Of a DNA stretch of 64,000 nt, positions 37,861-51,411 are shown one piece after another (within the stretch, counting starts at the first letter, position 1; the number at the start of each line of letters is the position of its first letter). Made by a program: the position numbers and the translations under genes. The stretch is from Mustelus asterias. Lineage: Eukaryota. The notes beneath the pieces were generated by a model, which had not been told where the DNA came from, searched no databases, and saw only the letters and a list, made by a program, of their open reading frames with translations. The DNA is taken from contig NC_135807.1 of NCBI RefSeq assembly GCF_964213995.1, positions 50,096,001 through 50,160,000 of the forward strand, written 5' to 3'.

Positions 37861-40227
37861 TTGTTTTTGAAAGATTAAGAAAATTGGTCCCACTCACCTG
37901 CTCTTCCTCCTGCAAATATTTTCACCATTTATAATGTGTTTATTTCTTACGATTAAATAGATACATTAAATTAGAAGAATCACAGAAAGTTTGAACACAG
38001 AGAAAACCATTTGGTCCATTGTGCTCGCTCTTTGAAAGGGCAGTCATGCTTATTCCCACATCCCAACTTTTTATCTATAACTCGTTATGCACCCTCAAGT
38101 ACCTTCCAAACACATTTTAAATTGTTTTATTTTAATTATAAATTCCTTGTATATCTAAGTGGACATTTGATCTTGAGTTTGAACCTAGTGCAGTTTGCTG
38201 TAACTTGTGGTTAAATAGCTGGACGTTTCTGCAGCACTGACCATTCACCAAATTGCAAAAATTGCACTTGAGTAATTCAGGCTAAAAGCTTTGAATCTCC
38301 AGCAAGTACAAACGTTGTTACGACTTCCACCTACAGGAACATAACTTTGCCTGTCCGAGTGACTGGACATTATAGGCAGGATTTGAATTCAAAATATACT
38401 GATGTAATGAAATAGACAAAAATAAGCATGAATCAACAAAGATACGTTGAGCACCTGAAACTCTGCAAATAAATTCAAATGGGCTCTTAAGGGAGCCTGC
38501 TAGATGAAGCAGAGATGCACAACACTAATTAGCAATTTTATAGTTTATTAGGTAATTTCACTGTTTATTGCCCTATAGTACATAAACAGAACTTAGGAGG
38601 AGGAAGGCATTCTTCAAATGCCCAATTGTAATGACTCTTTCAAATGCTCCGTGTGACATTAGGTTGATTGAATAAAAAGAGTTAAGATTATAGACCATAA
38701 TAGTAATGGCACTTTCTTCTGGAAGCAGCTTTACCATTAGCCAACCACAGCAACTAAAAAAAAATCAATTCTCTACCAACAGAAAACTATCTATATTACT
38801 ACAGAGTAAATGTTTTCTTACAGTTTTATAACCAATATTAGTATTTCTGCAGTGGAAGTAGCACACCATTAGATGCACTTGTGGCAATTTTACCAGGTGC
38901 CCAAGCTATCAGGAAATTGCACCAGCACATTTTCCTTGATTAATTGCTTTGCAAAGTAATTATCACTTGAATGAGCTGATACGACATGCTGCCACAAACT
39001 GCAAAAAAAAAATCAAAGATTATGGTCGAGATTTTAGGAAGAATCATACTGAAAACTGTGAAATCTTTAATGGACCGTCTATATGTTGGATGTTCTACTG
39101 ACTATATGCATCCCTTCATCAAAAATACATTTTCAACTAAATTGCCAAACATTCCATTATTTAGTTACACATCTGATATGTTAATGAGAATGGGAGTATT
39201 CAAATCTTCATTAAACAACAAAGGCTTCAGAAGAATGGAGTTTTGATATTATGCAAATAGTGACATGGGCAGAAAAACAGAAAATCATTCATGTTTTATG
39301 ATTTTGCTCAAAGTAACCTTTGCAACCCATCACAATGATAATTAGACTTACAGTCAACTGTAATTGTTGCTTTTTCAACCTGAACTAAAAAATGTACCAT
39401 AGCAAGTTAAAACAAAGTTGCATAATAAGAATAACATGTCATCCTAATTAAAGCTCTTAAAGAAAATTAAAAACAAAACTGAATTAAGCAAATGCAGCTG
39501 AAATACTCAAACTTGTAGAAAATGGAAGATCTGGCATCATTCTAAATGTCTTCCTCTGGCTAGGAGATTGAGTATCTTTAGTCAAAGAATTATGGTCCTT
39601 TGCTTTTGTTAAAATAAAACATTGCCGACTATCTGTGAATACCAAGCACGTAAATGAGTTCTGAAGCACATGTTTTGTTTTGTTCAAGGCTGAAAACATT
39701 GCTGCTACAATGTTTTAGTAGTTCTTGACAAATATTTATGATTATGGGAATTTTTGCATTATATGTTGCACCTCATTTGTTTCTATTTCCTGACCAAAAA
39801 ATATCTAGTGCTTAACATTACAGCAACGTGTGCATAATTATAAATCTGAGGCTACAGGGTGCTCAAACAAAATATTTATCCCACACCTTTTCATTAGTAA
39901 TGAATAAAACATTCATTAACTATCAAACTCGTTCGTTACTCATAAAATGATCATTGAAAACTAGTTTCACAACTGATGGTATCCACCACACGAAATGATG
40001 CATCAAACCAATTCTACTACTGATGGTAACTTCCTGTAGCACATGATTGAAGTCATATATAACAAGGTGTTAATTTGCTGCTTACTTCGCACTCATTTCC
40101 AACAATAACTATCTGTTCATGCTTTGTATGTGAATACATATATATTAATCCCAGGGAAGCCAAATTTCAGGAGAAGTGGTTGAAAGATTTCAGATTAAGT
40201 GTAGAGCATAAATACATAATACCAATT

Positions 40228-40490
40228 AAAGTTTTTAAAATTTTATTTATTAGTGTCACAAGTAGGCTTACATTAACACTGCAATGAAGTTACTGTGAAA
40301 ATCCCCTAGTTGCCATACTCCGGCACCTGTTCGGTTACACTGAGGGAGAATTTAGCATGGCCAATGCACCTAACCAGCACGTCTTTCGGACTGTGGGAGG
40401 AAACCGGAGCACCGAGAGGAAACCCACACAGACACGGGGGAGAACCCGGGGGACCCAACCCGGGTCCCTGGCGCCATGAGGCAGCACTGC
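40228..40490 (-). mobile_element. V-SINE with alternative (Rex1-like) tail, internally deleted
   Basis: TTTATTTATTAGTGTCACAAGTAGGCTTACATTAACACTGCAATGAAGTTACTGTGAAAATCCCC. Confidence 0.87.
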
Positions 40491-41004
40491 TGTTTTGCTT
40501 TGCAACTCCTCGAACTCTGCAACCCCATTCTATATAAATGCTATTTTCAGGGCAAAGGGAAATAGTCTTGTACAGAGAGATCTGTTTTATACAAATACAC
40601 TAAGCCAAACAAATATAAATGTTAACATGGTTCCCAAGCTTATTGCCGTTCATTAATAACTACCTTTGCACAGACACTTACTATCCCATTCAACATCATT
40701 CTCATCAACCACTCTTGACTAGAATAAATTGTGCCTTGATTAGAAGTATCCTCTCTGATTTTCATCCCATTGCTAACCACCTTCTTTTCTGCTCTCTAAT
40801 GTCCATGGACATGTCAATGGCTCCAAGATGTATGCCTTCCTTTTCCAATGTACCTAATAACAGATACAAAAGGTTTATATCAATAACAACTTTGCATTTG
40901 AATAATTACTTCTGCCTCCGCGTCAGAAGTTTGGTCATTCAATGTCAATTCCATAGGGTTGTGCATATAATATAAAATGGCATTTCAATACCAGCTATTG
41001 GGAG

Positions 41005-42010
41005 GCTACTGCACTATCTGATGGTTAAGGCCTGAATCACCACTCTGGTGAATATAAAGGATCCCATGGTGCTGTCCTTGTGCAAGAATCTCAAGGAGTT
41101 GGTTTGCAGGTGCAGCAGGTAATTAAGAAGGCAAATGGAATTTTGTCCTTCATTGCTAGAGGGATGGAGTTTAAAAACAGTGAGGTTATGTTACAGCTGT
41201 ATAAGGTGTTGGTGAGGCCACACCTGGAATAGTGTGTACAGTTTTGGTCTCCTTATTTGAGAAAGGATATACTGGCACTGGAGAGGGTGTAGCGGAGATT
41301 CACTAGGTTGATTCCGGAGTTGAGAGGGTTGGCTTATGAGGAGAGACTGAGTAGACTGGGGCTATACTCATTGGAATTCAGAAGAATGAGGGGAGATCTT
41401 ATAGAAACATATAAGATTATGAAGGGAATAGATAAGATAGAAAGCAGGGAAGTTGTTTCCACTGGCAGGTGAAATTAGAACTAGGGGGCATAGCCTCAAA
41501 ATAAGGGGAAGCAGATTTAGGACTGAGTTGAGGAGGAACTTCTTCACACAAAGGGTTCTGAATCTGTGGAATTCCCTGCCCAGTGAAGCAGTTGAGGCTA
41601 CCTCATTGAATGTTTTTAAGGCAAGGATATTTTTGAACAGTAAAGGAATTAAGGGTTATGGTGAGCGGGCAGGTAAGTGGAGCTGAGTCCACGAAAGATC
41701 AGCCATGATCTTATTGAATGGCAGAGCAGGCTCGAGGGACCAGATGGCCTACTCCAGCTCCTAGTTCTTATGTTCTTATTTCCGAAAAAGAAGAAGAAAT
41801 GTTCCTTCTACCTTGGCCAATATTTATCCCTCAATGAACACATTAACAAATAACAGTCATTTATTTTATTGCTTTTTGTGTAATCTTGCTGTGCCTAAAT
41901 TGACTACCCTGTTGCAACACAAGAGCGACTGCACTTGAATGGCATTTCATTGTATTTAAGTGTTTTGGGACATTCTGAGATGTGAAAGGGTTCATATGGA
42001 TGCAAATTAT
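41005..42010 (+). mobile_element. Deu-type SINE split by a CR1 insertion
   Basis: AAAGGATCCCATGG (41056) ... GGCCAATATTTATCCCTCAA (41815) ... CTTGCTGTGCCTAAATTGACT. Confidence 0.65.
41072..41779 (+). mobile_element. CR1 LINE 3' fragment
   Basis: Near-identical to 34238-34948. Confidence 0.93.
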
Positions 42011-42709
42011 TTTATATATACAACACATCCAGAAATGATGCATTGGAAACCTCACTGGTGAGAGCTAAATCCATTGATCTAAAGTTTGTGTAAACCTTGA
42101 TAAATGGGAGGTTCTTTTAGAAGCAGTCCTTCTCTTGTTTCTTAGGTTGATCTTAGTTCTTGATTTTCATTCTTTGGAGTTGAACTGTTCCTTCTCAATT
42201 CCCCATCTGGTGTTATCGATGGTCATTGGTTTATCCCATTCCTTCTGGAGAGAACCTTATGGCCTCTGGCAATGCATGCCCCACCAGTTTAAAGGGAGAA
42301 GTTCTTTCCATTGTGCATTCACCTTGATGATCCTAGTGCGTTGCTGACATGTTGGGAAATAGGTTCCACAGATGGGAAATCCAGAATTTAGGGCTAAAGC
42401 CCATCATAATGGTCTACTTAACCATCTCAACCAGCTTTTAATTACTCTCCCACACTGGTTCCATCCTGGTGAATAACTAAAGCAGGTGGGATCATGTAGG
42501 ATTCTGAGCCAACCTCATTTTCTGGGACTTTCCCCCTCTGCTCGCCAACAAACCTGCCTGACTAGTCTGGGAAAATTCTGCCCTTTTTTCTCCATTGGAA
42601 CACAGACTGTCTCTTCTGGTTCTACTGTTTGGACAAGGGGAAATAATTTGTCATAGTCTAGTCCAGCGCAACGGTAGAGTAAATTAAAACAATTTTTTTC
42701 TGACACTAT

Positions 42710-43615
42710 GGGTTGGATTTTCGCAGAGTAGTGGAGACTTTAGGGACCATTAAAAATGGCAAACCAGACCTGGATCTGAATATTCTGCCCCAGTTTCCAG
42801 AACGCACCATTTTTATAGGTAGGGAGAAAGGCAACAGGGCAGGAAGTACACAAGAATGAAACCCGAACTCAGTTGGGCCATTTATACTCAGAGCACATGA
42901 CAAGCAGACCTGATTTTTAATCGAGCAATGACCTCAACCTGTAGTTCCACGACTTCATGCTGGAGACATGAATACTTATAAAAAAGCATACAAGGAATGT
43001 GGAATAACATGCTGTCAAGTTATTTAAATCCCTTGCCCTTTAAATTTTGAAAAGAAAACTGCCTTCAGTGAGTAACCATGAATGGAAATGCATTTCATAG
43101 ATAGTGAAGTCGTGGTTCTTTGAGGTTTGTCCTTGTTATTTTGTTCAATATTAAGTCCTAACCCACACCCCTCACAATAGAGGTTTCAAGGGGTCATGGG
43201 AATGAGTGGGGGGAAGGGTCATGAGTTGGCATGAATAAGAAACAAGGTGGCATAGGGGTTGTAAGGTTACATGGGGCAGTTGGTGGGACATGGGTTGGCA
43301 TGGAGAGTATGAGGACCATTGGCAAAAGGTGAGGGGCATGGATTGTCATGGATGAAGCATGAGGAGTGAGTAGGATTGTGACAGGTGGGGGTTAGAGGGC
43401 TTAATATTGAACAAACAACAGGGACAAAGTCCCAAAGAATCAAGACGAGTTTTTAATGAGTCCGCCTTGGACTCAGCAGCCCCTGTGACCGCCTCCGAAT
43501 TGTTCACAGAGTCAACAGGCCTGACACTTTCAAGATGCTTTTCCCTGAGGCGGGCTCACCACACTGGGAAAGGTCCCGACTCCCACTACCCACCTTTAAT
43601 TTTCAAATCCAGCCC
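42710..43615. mobile_element. 906-bp non-autonomous PIF/Harbinger-like element
   Basis: TIRs GGGTTGGATTT / AAATCCAGCCC (10/11 match); TSD TAT on both sides. Confidence 0.75.
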
Positions 43616-44071
43616 TATACATTTTGTTAGCTGTATGTAAAAGAATACTTGATGCAACTCCCATATTGTGAATGCTATATTGATGTATGAATGAAACTCA
43701 TGTTCTGCATGTGTTCATAAAGGAACAATGACTTTTTAACAGCATAAAATATCTAGCCATAAGGGGAAAATGTAAGTGTCCCATCAGTATGCAGCCATGC
43801 AAAATTACACTTTTGCCTTAATCCACCCTCAGAAAAATATCAACAGTAAATGACAAAACAACAAAATGACCATGAGGCATATCTGACCAGGAGTAAGTCC
43901 AGCCAACTGCTTTATATTAAGCCCTTGTGCCTGACCTGAAACATTTAATTTCCTACGGGTTGAATTTTGCTTGGGGAATGATGGGTAGGGTTACCAATCA
44001 ATTTTGAACATTTGACCACCCTTTGGTTGGAAAAAATGTTTAGGCCTCAAGAGAGACCACGTTTGTTGGCT

Positions 44072-44144
44072 CAAAATACCCACACATATTACAGTAAATA
44101 GCATGCTTTGGATACTATTTACTGTAATGTATGTGGGCATTTTG
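44072..44144. repeat. Inverted repeat: 33-bp arms (29/33 match), 7-nt loop
   Basis: caaaatacccacacatattacagtaaatagcat-gctttgg-atactatttactgtaatgtatgtgggcattttg. Confidence 0.9.
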
Positions 44145-44762
44145 TTGTTTAAAGTCTTTAGACTAAAGCAATTCTAATTGTTGAAAATCGGCCAGCTTTC
44201 AGAACTCAATTAAATTCTTTCATTTCCATTCCACTCATTTATGATGGATGAATACATTTGTATTATAATTGATTGACCATGGTGTTTAATTGCAGGCACT
44301 CCAGGCAGGTCAAGGTGCTAATTTTTTAAATCTGCTATTTTACATAGACTGCTGACATGATTGTAACTCCTTGGGCACAGTTGCAGAAATCTTCCCAATG
44401 AGACATGGTTGGTCAGCATGGGAGAAACATTGGCCCATGGAGAATAATCTACTCAGGCAATGAGAAGATGCTGAGGCTGATGCTCTATTCTTTTCTAACT
44501 AAATTCAACTTTTTTTTTCGATTTCAGTTTCATGCCAATCTGGGCTGGTAATTTCAGTGGAAGATTGCCAAAAAACCCCCGAAGAAACAAGTCGGAGCAG
44601 AATAATGGAAGAATCCCTGCAGAAATTTGTCTTTAATACCTTTGGGACAAACTCTGATATTGTCCCTACATTTAGGTGCAGATGCAGAACTAGATATATA
44701 ATCAGTGTAAATGCAAAGCCGAATGCTACAAAGCAGAGTGAAAATAAAACATATGGGAAGGT

Positions 44763-45515
44763 GACTTATTATTTAAATGGGGAGAGACTTTGGGGTGCTC
44801 CAGTGCAGAGGGATCTGGGTGTCCTTGTTCGTGAGTCACAGAAAACTAGCATGCAGGTACAGCAGATAATAAAGAAAGTGAATGGAATGTTGGCATTTAT
44901 GACTAATGGAATAGAGTATAAAGATAAGCGAGTGTTGTTGCAACTGTACAAGGCATTGGTGAGACCATACCTGGAGTATTGTGCATATTTTTGGTCCCCT
45001 TATTTGAGGAAAGGTGTAGTGACATTGGAGTCAGTTCAGAGGAGGTTCACTAGATTGATTCCAGAGATAAGGGGCTTGTCGTATGAAGAGAGATTGAACT
45101 CTCTGGAATTTAGAAGAATTTAGAAGAATGAGGGGAGATCAAATTGAGGTATACAAGATGATAAAAGGTATGGATAAAGTGGACGTGGAGCGGACGCTTC
45201 CACTTGTGGGGCATTCTAGGATGAGAGGTCATAGTCTTAGGATAAGGGGTAGCAAATTTAAAACAGAGTTGAGGAGAAACTACTTCTCCCAAAGGGTTGT
45301 GAATCTGTGGAATTGACTACCCCAAAGTGCGGTGGATGCTGGGACAGTGAGTAAATTTAAGGAGGAGTTAGACAGATTTTTAATTGGTAATGAGTTGAAG
45401 AGTTATGGGGAGAAGGCAGGAAAGTGGGGAGAAGGAGCATATCAGCCATGATCGAATGGCGGAGCAGACTTGATGGGCCGAATGGTCTACTTCTCCTCCG
45501 ATATCTTACGAACTT
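44763..45515 (+). mobile_element. CR1 LINE 3' fragment
   Basis: YYLNGE..QRDLGVLV, LYKALVRPYLEYC; 3' UTR GATGGGCCGAATGG. Confidence 0.9.
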
Positions 45516-45879
45516 GCACTGACTTTATGGAAAATGTTGATGCGAATGTACCTTTACTCACAGTGTTAAAATACAACTGAATGCCTTAAAGAAATGGCAA
45601 ATATTTTCATGAAATGAAATATACTTGCCAAATTGTTTTACCTGTTGGTTTATTAACATGTTTCCAATTTAACATGTGTGCATTATGGTTCTCTTTCACC
45701 CTCTGCTTTCATTATTTGAAGATGGTATGTACTACGACTAGCATAAATTAAATTGGACCAAGGAATTATACTGATGATGACTTCCCAAAGGTTCAGATGA
45801 ACACAGCAAACAATGCTAAACCCACTCTTACCCAATGATTTGGCAATAGTGCTTGCCTGGTTCCAATCGTAAAACCGTA

Positions 45880-46243
45880 GGCGGCACGGTAGCAGTGGGC
45901 GGCACGGTAGTACAGTGGTCAGCACTGCTGCTTCACAGCTCCAGGGACCTGGGTTCGATTCCCGGCTTGGGTCACTGTCTGTGTGGAGTTTGCACATCCT
46001 CCTCGTGTCTGCGTGGGTTTCCTCCGGGTGCTCCGGTTTCCTCCCACAGTCCAAAGATGTGTGGGTTAGGTTGATTGGCCATGCTAAAATTGCCCCTTCG
46101 TGCCCTGGGATGCGTAGATTAGAGGGATTAGCGGGTAAAATATGTAGGGATATGGGGGTAGGGCCTGGATGGGATTGTGGTCGGTGCAGACCCGATGGGC
46201 CGAATGGCCTCTTTCTGTACTGTAGGGTTTCTATGATTTCTAA
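45880..46243 (+). mobile_element. HE1-type V-SINE, full length, with duplicated 5' end
   Basis: GGCGGCACGGTAG occurs twice at the head; tail GGGTTTCTATGATTTCTAAGA. Confidence 0.93.
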
Positions 46244-46665
46244 GACAAATAATCACTGAAGTTGCCATTTTCATTAGTCCAACATGGCCCAATAGCCAAG
46301 TAAGTCTCTGCATATTCTGCAGAACCTCCTTTGGCCAAAATACTGTTCATCTTCCTCATACTTCTTGACCTCAAGCACTTCTTACATATTTCTCACGGTA
46401 TGAACAGCAGTTAAAAGTCTTTTTGTGGTAGAGCCAACTGAGGTTTCCGAATTTATCCAACCATGATACGTGGAAAAACAACCTAGACTTTTCCTTCATT
46501 ACAATGGCAACTACACTTCAAAAATATCTCATGGGCTATAAAGCAATTAGGGACATCCTTAAGTTAAGAAATACGTTATATAAATGCATGTCTTATATCT
46601 TCCTTAATGTTGAAAGTGATATTTCTACTAATTTTCCTTTACTGTGCATAGCCGATTTGTTGCAC

Positions 46666-46868
46666 GGTGCCGGAATTTTCTGGCTGTTCGCATCAGCGGG
46701 ATCTTCTCCTGCCGACTGGGTGGGGTGGGGCTCTCCTGATGGTTTGGGGTGCAGTGAAAGGGAAATCCCATTGAGAGCAGCAAGATCAGAAGATCCCGAA
46801 GGTGGCAAACGGCGCACTGTCTCCCGCCATAAGAAACATGCCATGGGTAGGCCAGAGAATACACCCCC
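46666..46868. mobile_element. MITE-like element related to 10058-10293
   Basis: GCCGGAATTTTCTGGC ... GCCAGAGAATACACCCC imperfect TIRs. Confidence 0.45.
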
Positions 46869-47922
46869 TCACCCCCGGGCTGTTTGTTTCATGTCCAGTA
46901 CATCTGTGATAGCTGCCTGGCCATGCAGTCACACAGCTTTGATGTTGATTGCAGGCTGTCATGTGGAGTGTTTATTTGTCTGACAGATTACTGGTCTTCC
47001 TCAAGCTCTGACGCACATAATTTGAACACCAATAATCAATCCACAGCATCCCCTGTGCTGCTCAACTGGAATTACTGCAGGTCCCCTGAACAAAACATAT
47101 CCATACACTATAGAGGGTGTGAGGTCGGGCGGGGTGGAGCAGAGTTCAATTTCATTCGATTAACAACTCTCTCATATTGAGAAACAAAGTCAGCGCATTA
47201 TATTTGCTGCACATCTTGCCACAGTAGTGAAAGCCAAATGAAATTATGCTCCAAAATGTGGGTAATTTTACCAATTTGTTCCCTGCGCCAATGCTTTGTC
47301 CACTGTGAATGCAGATTAAGAATTCTGGCATGTATCTTCTATGACTTAATTACTGATAAGGCACAGGGATGTGTATTTGTGGAAATTTCCCTGTGTGTGT
47401 CATGACATAGTACATTGATCTGAAGACTCTCCCGCAATCTATTTCGATTAGAATCATAAACAATCTAACTCCAATTTCACTACACAAAGTAACCAGAGGA
47501 ATTCTCGCTGCAATGATCTTCTATATGCATCTAAAAGGAAAGGAAAACTAATATTTCTTTCAGTCAGCACAAAGTAATTTCACTTACATTATAAATGAAT
47601 GTCAGAAATTGAATAAGTGACAGGCAATTTCAAAACTATATATTTTAGCAGTTAGGCGACCTGATATTTAAAGTTTATAAACTACCTCGTAACTTGACAG
47701 CCTCCTCTCACCATTCTTAATTTTACCAAAATGTTTTAAAGCTTTTATTTTTCTTCGCTCCTGCCTGCCTTACCCTCCAATTTCCATATTTCACTCTCAC
47801 ACATGGAGGGGGTGATCGTACCGGCTCATTGCGTCGGACAATCGGTGAGGTGAGCCAGAAAGATTGGGTAAGAGGCGAAAAATTGGGTTCGCCCCCAATT
47901 TCTCGCCTCTCGCAATGTTATT

Positions 47923-48333
47923 TTTGATTTGATTTGATTTATTATTGTCACATGTATTAACATACAGTCAAAAGTATTGTTTCTTGCGCACTATACAGAC
48001 AAAGCATACCGTGCATAGAGAAGGAAATGAGAGAGTGCAGAATGTAGTGTTACAGTCATAGCTAGGGTGGAGAGAAAGATCAACTTAATGCGAGGTAGGT
48101 CCATTCAAAAGTCTGATGGCAGCAGGGAAGAAGCTGTTCTTGAGTCGGATGGTGCATAACCTCAGACTTCTGTATCTTTTTCCCGATGGAAGAAGGTGGA
48201 AGAAAGTAGGTCTGGGGTGCATGGGGTCCTTAATTACGCTGGCTGCTTTGCCGAGGCAGCGAGAAGTGTAGACAGAGTCAATGGATGGGAGGCTGGTTTG
48301 CGTGATGGATTGGGTTACGTTCACAATCTTTTG
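47923..48333 (-). mobile_element. Rex1/Babar-like LINE 3' fragment
   Basis: ORF 48085-48336 ..LLPSGKRYRSLR..RLKNSFFPAAIRLLN; (GATTT)n on the + strand. Confidence 0.9.
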
Positions 48334-48979
48334 CACTGGCCCCGTTCTGTCGGCGAAATCAGCCCTGTGCCCCTCTTGGGCATGAGGCTGATTTTAATAT
48401 CCATTTCATAATTTAAATATAATGAATGAGTCAAGGACGTAATCTTGTCCTTAACTGCTCACAAGTTGAGGTCCTCACTGGCGAGGATCACATATGGTCC
48501 CCCTCAAAGGGGAAATGGAGTTTACCTTTACCTAATGTTATTTACCCTGGAAATAAAAAAGTTGGCATGTCTAATTTATAAAGAAATGAGCAAATCATCA
48601 GAGGAGACTGATGTCCAATTTTACTAAATTTCAATTTAACATAACAGGTTCTGAAGTTCTCTGTGTCTACTTCCAATACAGGAAGCATTGCCCAACTCCG
48701 CTACTGCCTCACCTTGTTTTACAGCAGAAACCTTTATCCAAACCTTGGTTAACTCTGGAATATTCTAACGCAGTCTTGGCCAGCTTGTACCCTCATAAAG
48801 TGAGGTCTTCCAAACCTCTACTGCTTGTGTCCTAATTCAAAAAGTCACTTTCACCTATCCCCTCTAAGCTCACTGACCTCCTGACTCAGCAATGCCTCCA
48901 TTTTAAAATTCTCATCCTTCAAATCCCTTCACGGCCTGGCTCCTCCATATCTCTGTAATCTCCTCCAGTTCCACAACCT

Positions 48980-50077
48980 GGATAAAGGGGGAGGTGGCTA
49001 GATGGGTGGAGAACTGGCTTGGTCACAGAAGACAGAGGGTGGTAGTGGAAGGGTCTTTTTCCGGCTGGATGCCTGTGACTAGTGGTGTTCCGCAGGGCTC
49101 TGTATTGGGACCTCTGCTGTTTGTGATTTATATAAACGATCTGGAAGAAGGTGTAACTGGGGTGATCAGTAAGTTTGCGGACGACACGAAATTGGCTCGA
49201 CTTGCAGATCGTGAAGAACATTGTAAGAGGCTACAGACGGATATAGATAGGCTGGAAATTTGGGCAAAGAAATGGCAGATGGAGTTCAATCCAGATAAAT
49301 GCGAAGTGATGCATTTTGGTAGAACTAACGTAGGGGGGGAGCTATACAATAAATGGCAGAACCATAAAGGGTGTAGATACGCAGAGGGACCTGGGTGTGC
49401 AAGTCCACAGATCCTTGAAGGTGACGTCACAGGTGGAGAAGGTAGTGAATAAAGCATATGGCATGCTTGCCTTTATAGGACAAGGCATAGAGTATAAAAG
49501 TTGGGGTCTGATGTTGCAGTTGTATAGAACGTTGGTTCGGCCGTATTTGGAATACTGCGCCCAGTTCTGGTCGCCACACTACCAGAAGGACGTGGAGGCT
49601 TTAGAGAGAGTGCAGAGGAGGTTTACCAGGATGTTGCCTGGTATGGAAGGGCTTAGTTATGAGGAGAGATTGGGTAAACTGGGGTTGTTCTCACTGGAAA
49701 GACGGAGGATGAGGGGTGACCTAATAGAGGTGTATAAAATTATGAAAGGCATAGATAGGGTGAACGGTGGGAAGCTTTTTCCCAGGTCAGTGGTGACGTT
49801 CACGAGGGGTCATAGATTCAAGGTGAGGGGGGTGAGGTTTAACATGGATATCAGAAGGACGTATTTTACACAGAGGGTGGTGGGGGCCTGGAATGCGCTG
49901 CAGGGCAAGGTGGTGGAGGCGGACACACTGGGAATGTTTAAGACTTATCTAGATAGCCACATGAACAGAGTGGGAATGGAGGGATACAAAAGAATGGTCT
50001 AGTTTTGGACCAGGGAGCGGCACGGGCTTGGAGGGCCGAAGGGCCTGTTCCTGTGCTGTATTGTTCTTTGCTCTTTG
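48980..50077 (+). mobile_element. CR1 LINE 3' fragment (subfamily of 27760-29177)
   Basis: ORFs 48994-49452 and 49397-50002 separated by one frameshift. Confidence 0.95.
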
Positions 50078-50232
50078 AGATATCTGCGCTCTGCTAATTC
50101 TGGCCTCTTATACACCCCAATTTTACTGGTTCCAGCACTGATGACTATGCTTTACACATAGCTGTGTAAACTCAGGAATTAATTATCTTCTAAATCTCTT
50201 TGCCTCTTTATCTCACTTCCATTCAATTATCA

Positions 50233-50595
50233 GGCGGCACAGTGGCACCGTGGTTAGTAGTACTGCCTCATAGCGCCAGGGATCTGGGTTTAATTCCAGC
50301 CTTGGGTCACTGTCTTTGTGGAGTTTGCACGTTCTCCCTGTGTCTGCATGGGTTTCCTCCGAGTGCTCTGATTTCCTCCCACAGTCCAAAAATGTGCAGG
50401 TTAGGTGGATTGGCCATGCTAAATTGCACCTTAGTGTCACAAGATGTGTAGGTTAGGGGGATTAATGGGAAAATGTGTGGGGTTATGGAGTTAGGGTGGA
50501 GTGTGTTCTTGGGTAAGATGCTCTGTCAGAGATTTGGTGCAGACCTTATGGGCTGAGTGGCCTGCTTCTGCACTGGGGATTCTATGATTCTATGA
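50233..50595 (+). mobile_element. HE1-type V-SINE
   Basis: Head, V core and (TTCTATGA)2 tail. Confidence 0.88.
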
Positions 50596-50635
50596 ACACA
50601 CTACTTAAAACATATCTGTTTCACAAAGTTTTTGA

Positions 50636-51411
50636 TGCATTGCAGTCATCTTCCAATATACTATAAACTCTGGAACATTTCCTACGGACTGGAGGGAAGC
50701 TAATGTGACCCCACTTATTAAAAAAGAAGGTAGAGAGAAAACAGAAAATTATATCCCGGTCAGCCTGACATCGGTAGTGGGCAAAATGCTAGAGTCTATT
50801 ATAAAAGATTTTTGGCAGAATACTTGGAAAACAGTGGCAGGATCTGAAATAGTCAGATTGGATTTACCAAAGGGAAATTATGTTTGATAAATATATTAGA
50901 TTCTTTGAGGATGTAACTAGACGACTTGAAGAGGGGGAGCCAGTGGATGTGGCCTAGTTGGAATTTCAGAAGGCTTTGACAAAGTCCCACATAAAAGATT
51001 GACGTGTAAAATTAAAATGAATGGGATTGAGGGTAGTGTATTGAGATGGATAGAAGAATGGTTGTCAGATAGCATACAAAGAGCAGGAAAAATGGTAGGA
51101 AGTGACTAGTGGGGTATTGCAGGGATCAGTGCTGGGACCCTATATTCACAATATATATTAATGATTTAGATGAGGGAACTAAATGTAATAACTCCAAATT
51201 TGCAGATGACATAAAGTTGGGTGGGAAGATGAACCATGAGGAGAATGCAGAGATGCTTCAATATGATTTTGATAAGTTGAGTGAGTGGGCAAATGAATGG
51301 CAGATGCAGTATTGTGTGAATAAATATGGGCCTGGCTAAGATGCTCTTTCGGAGAGTCGGTGCAGACTCAATGGGCCAAATGGCCTCCTTCTGAACTGTA
51401 GGGATTCTATG
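50636..51411 (+). mobile_element. Degenerate CR1 RT fragment followed by an HE1 tail (51326-51411)
   Basis: VTPLIKK..NYIPVSLTSVVGKMLES; INDLDEG..KFADD. Confidence 0.8.

Larger units (their letters stand above)
48680..50635 (+). mobile_element. Old L2-like LINE 3' remnant carrying nested CR1 and SINE insertions
   Basis: TTTAAAATTCTCATCCTT..AAATCCCTTCACGGCCTGGCTCCTCCATATCTCTG (FKILIL..KSLHGLAPPYL), resuming at 50078 and 50596. Confidence 0.65.
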
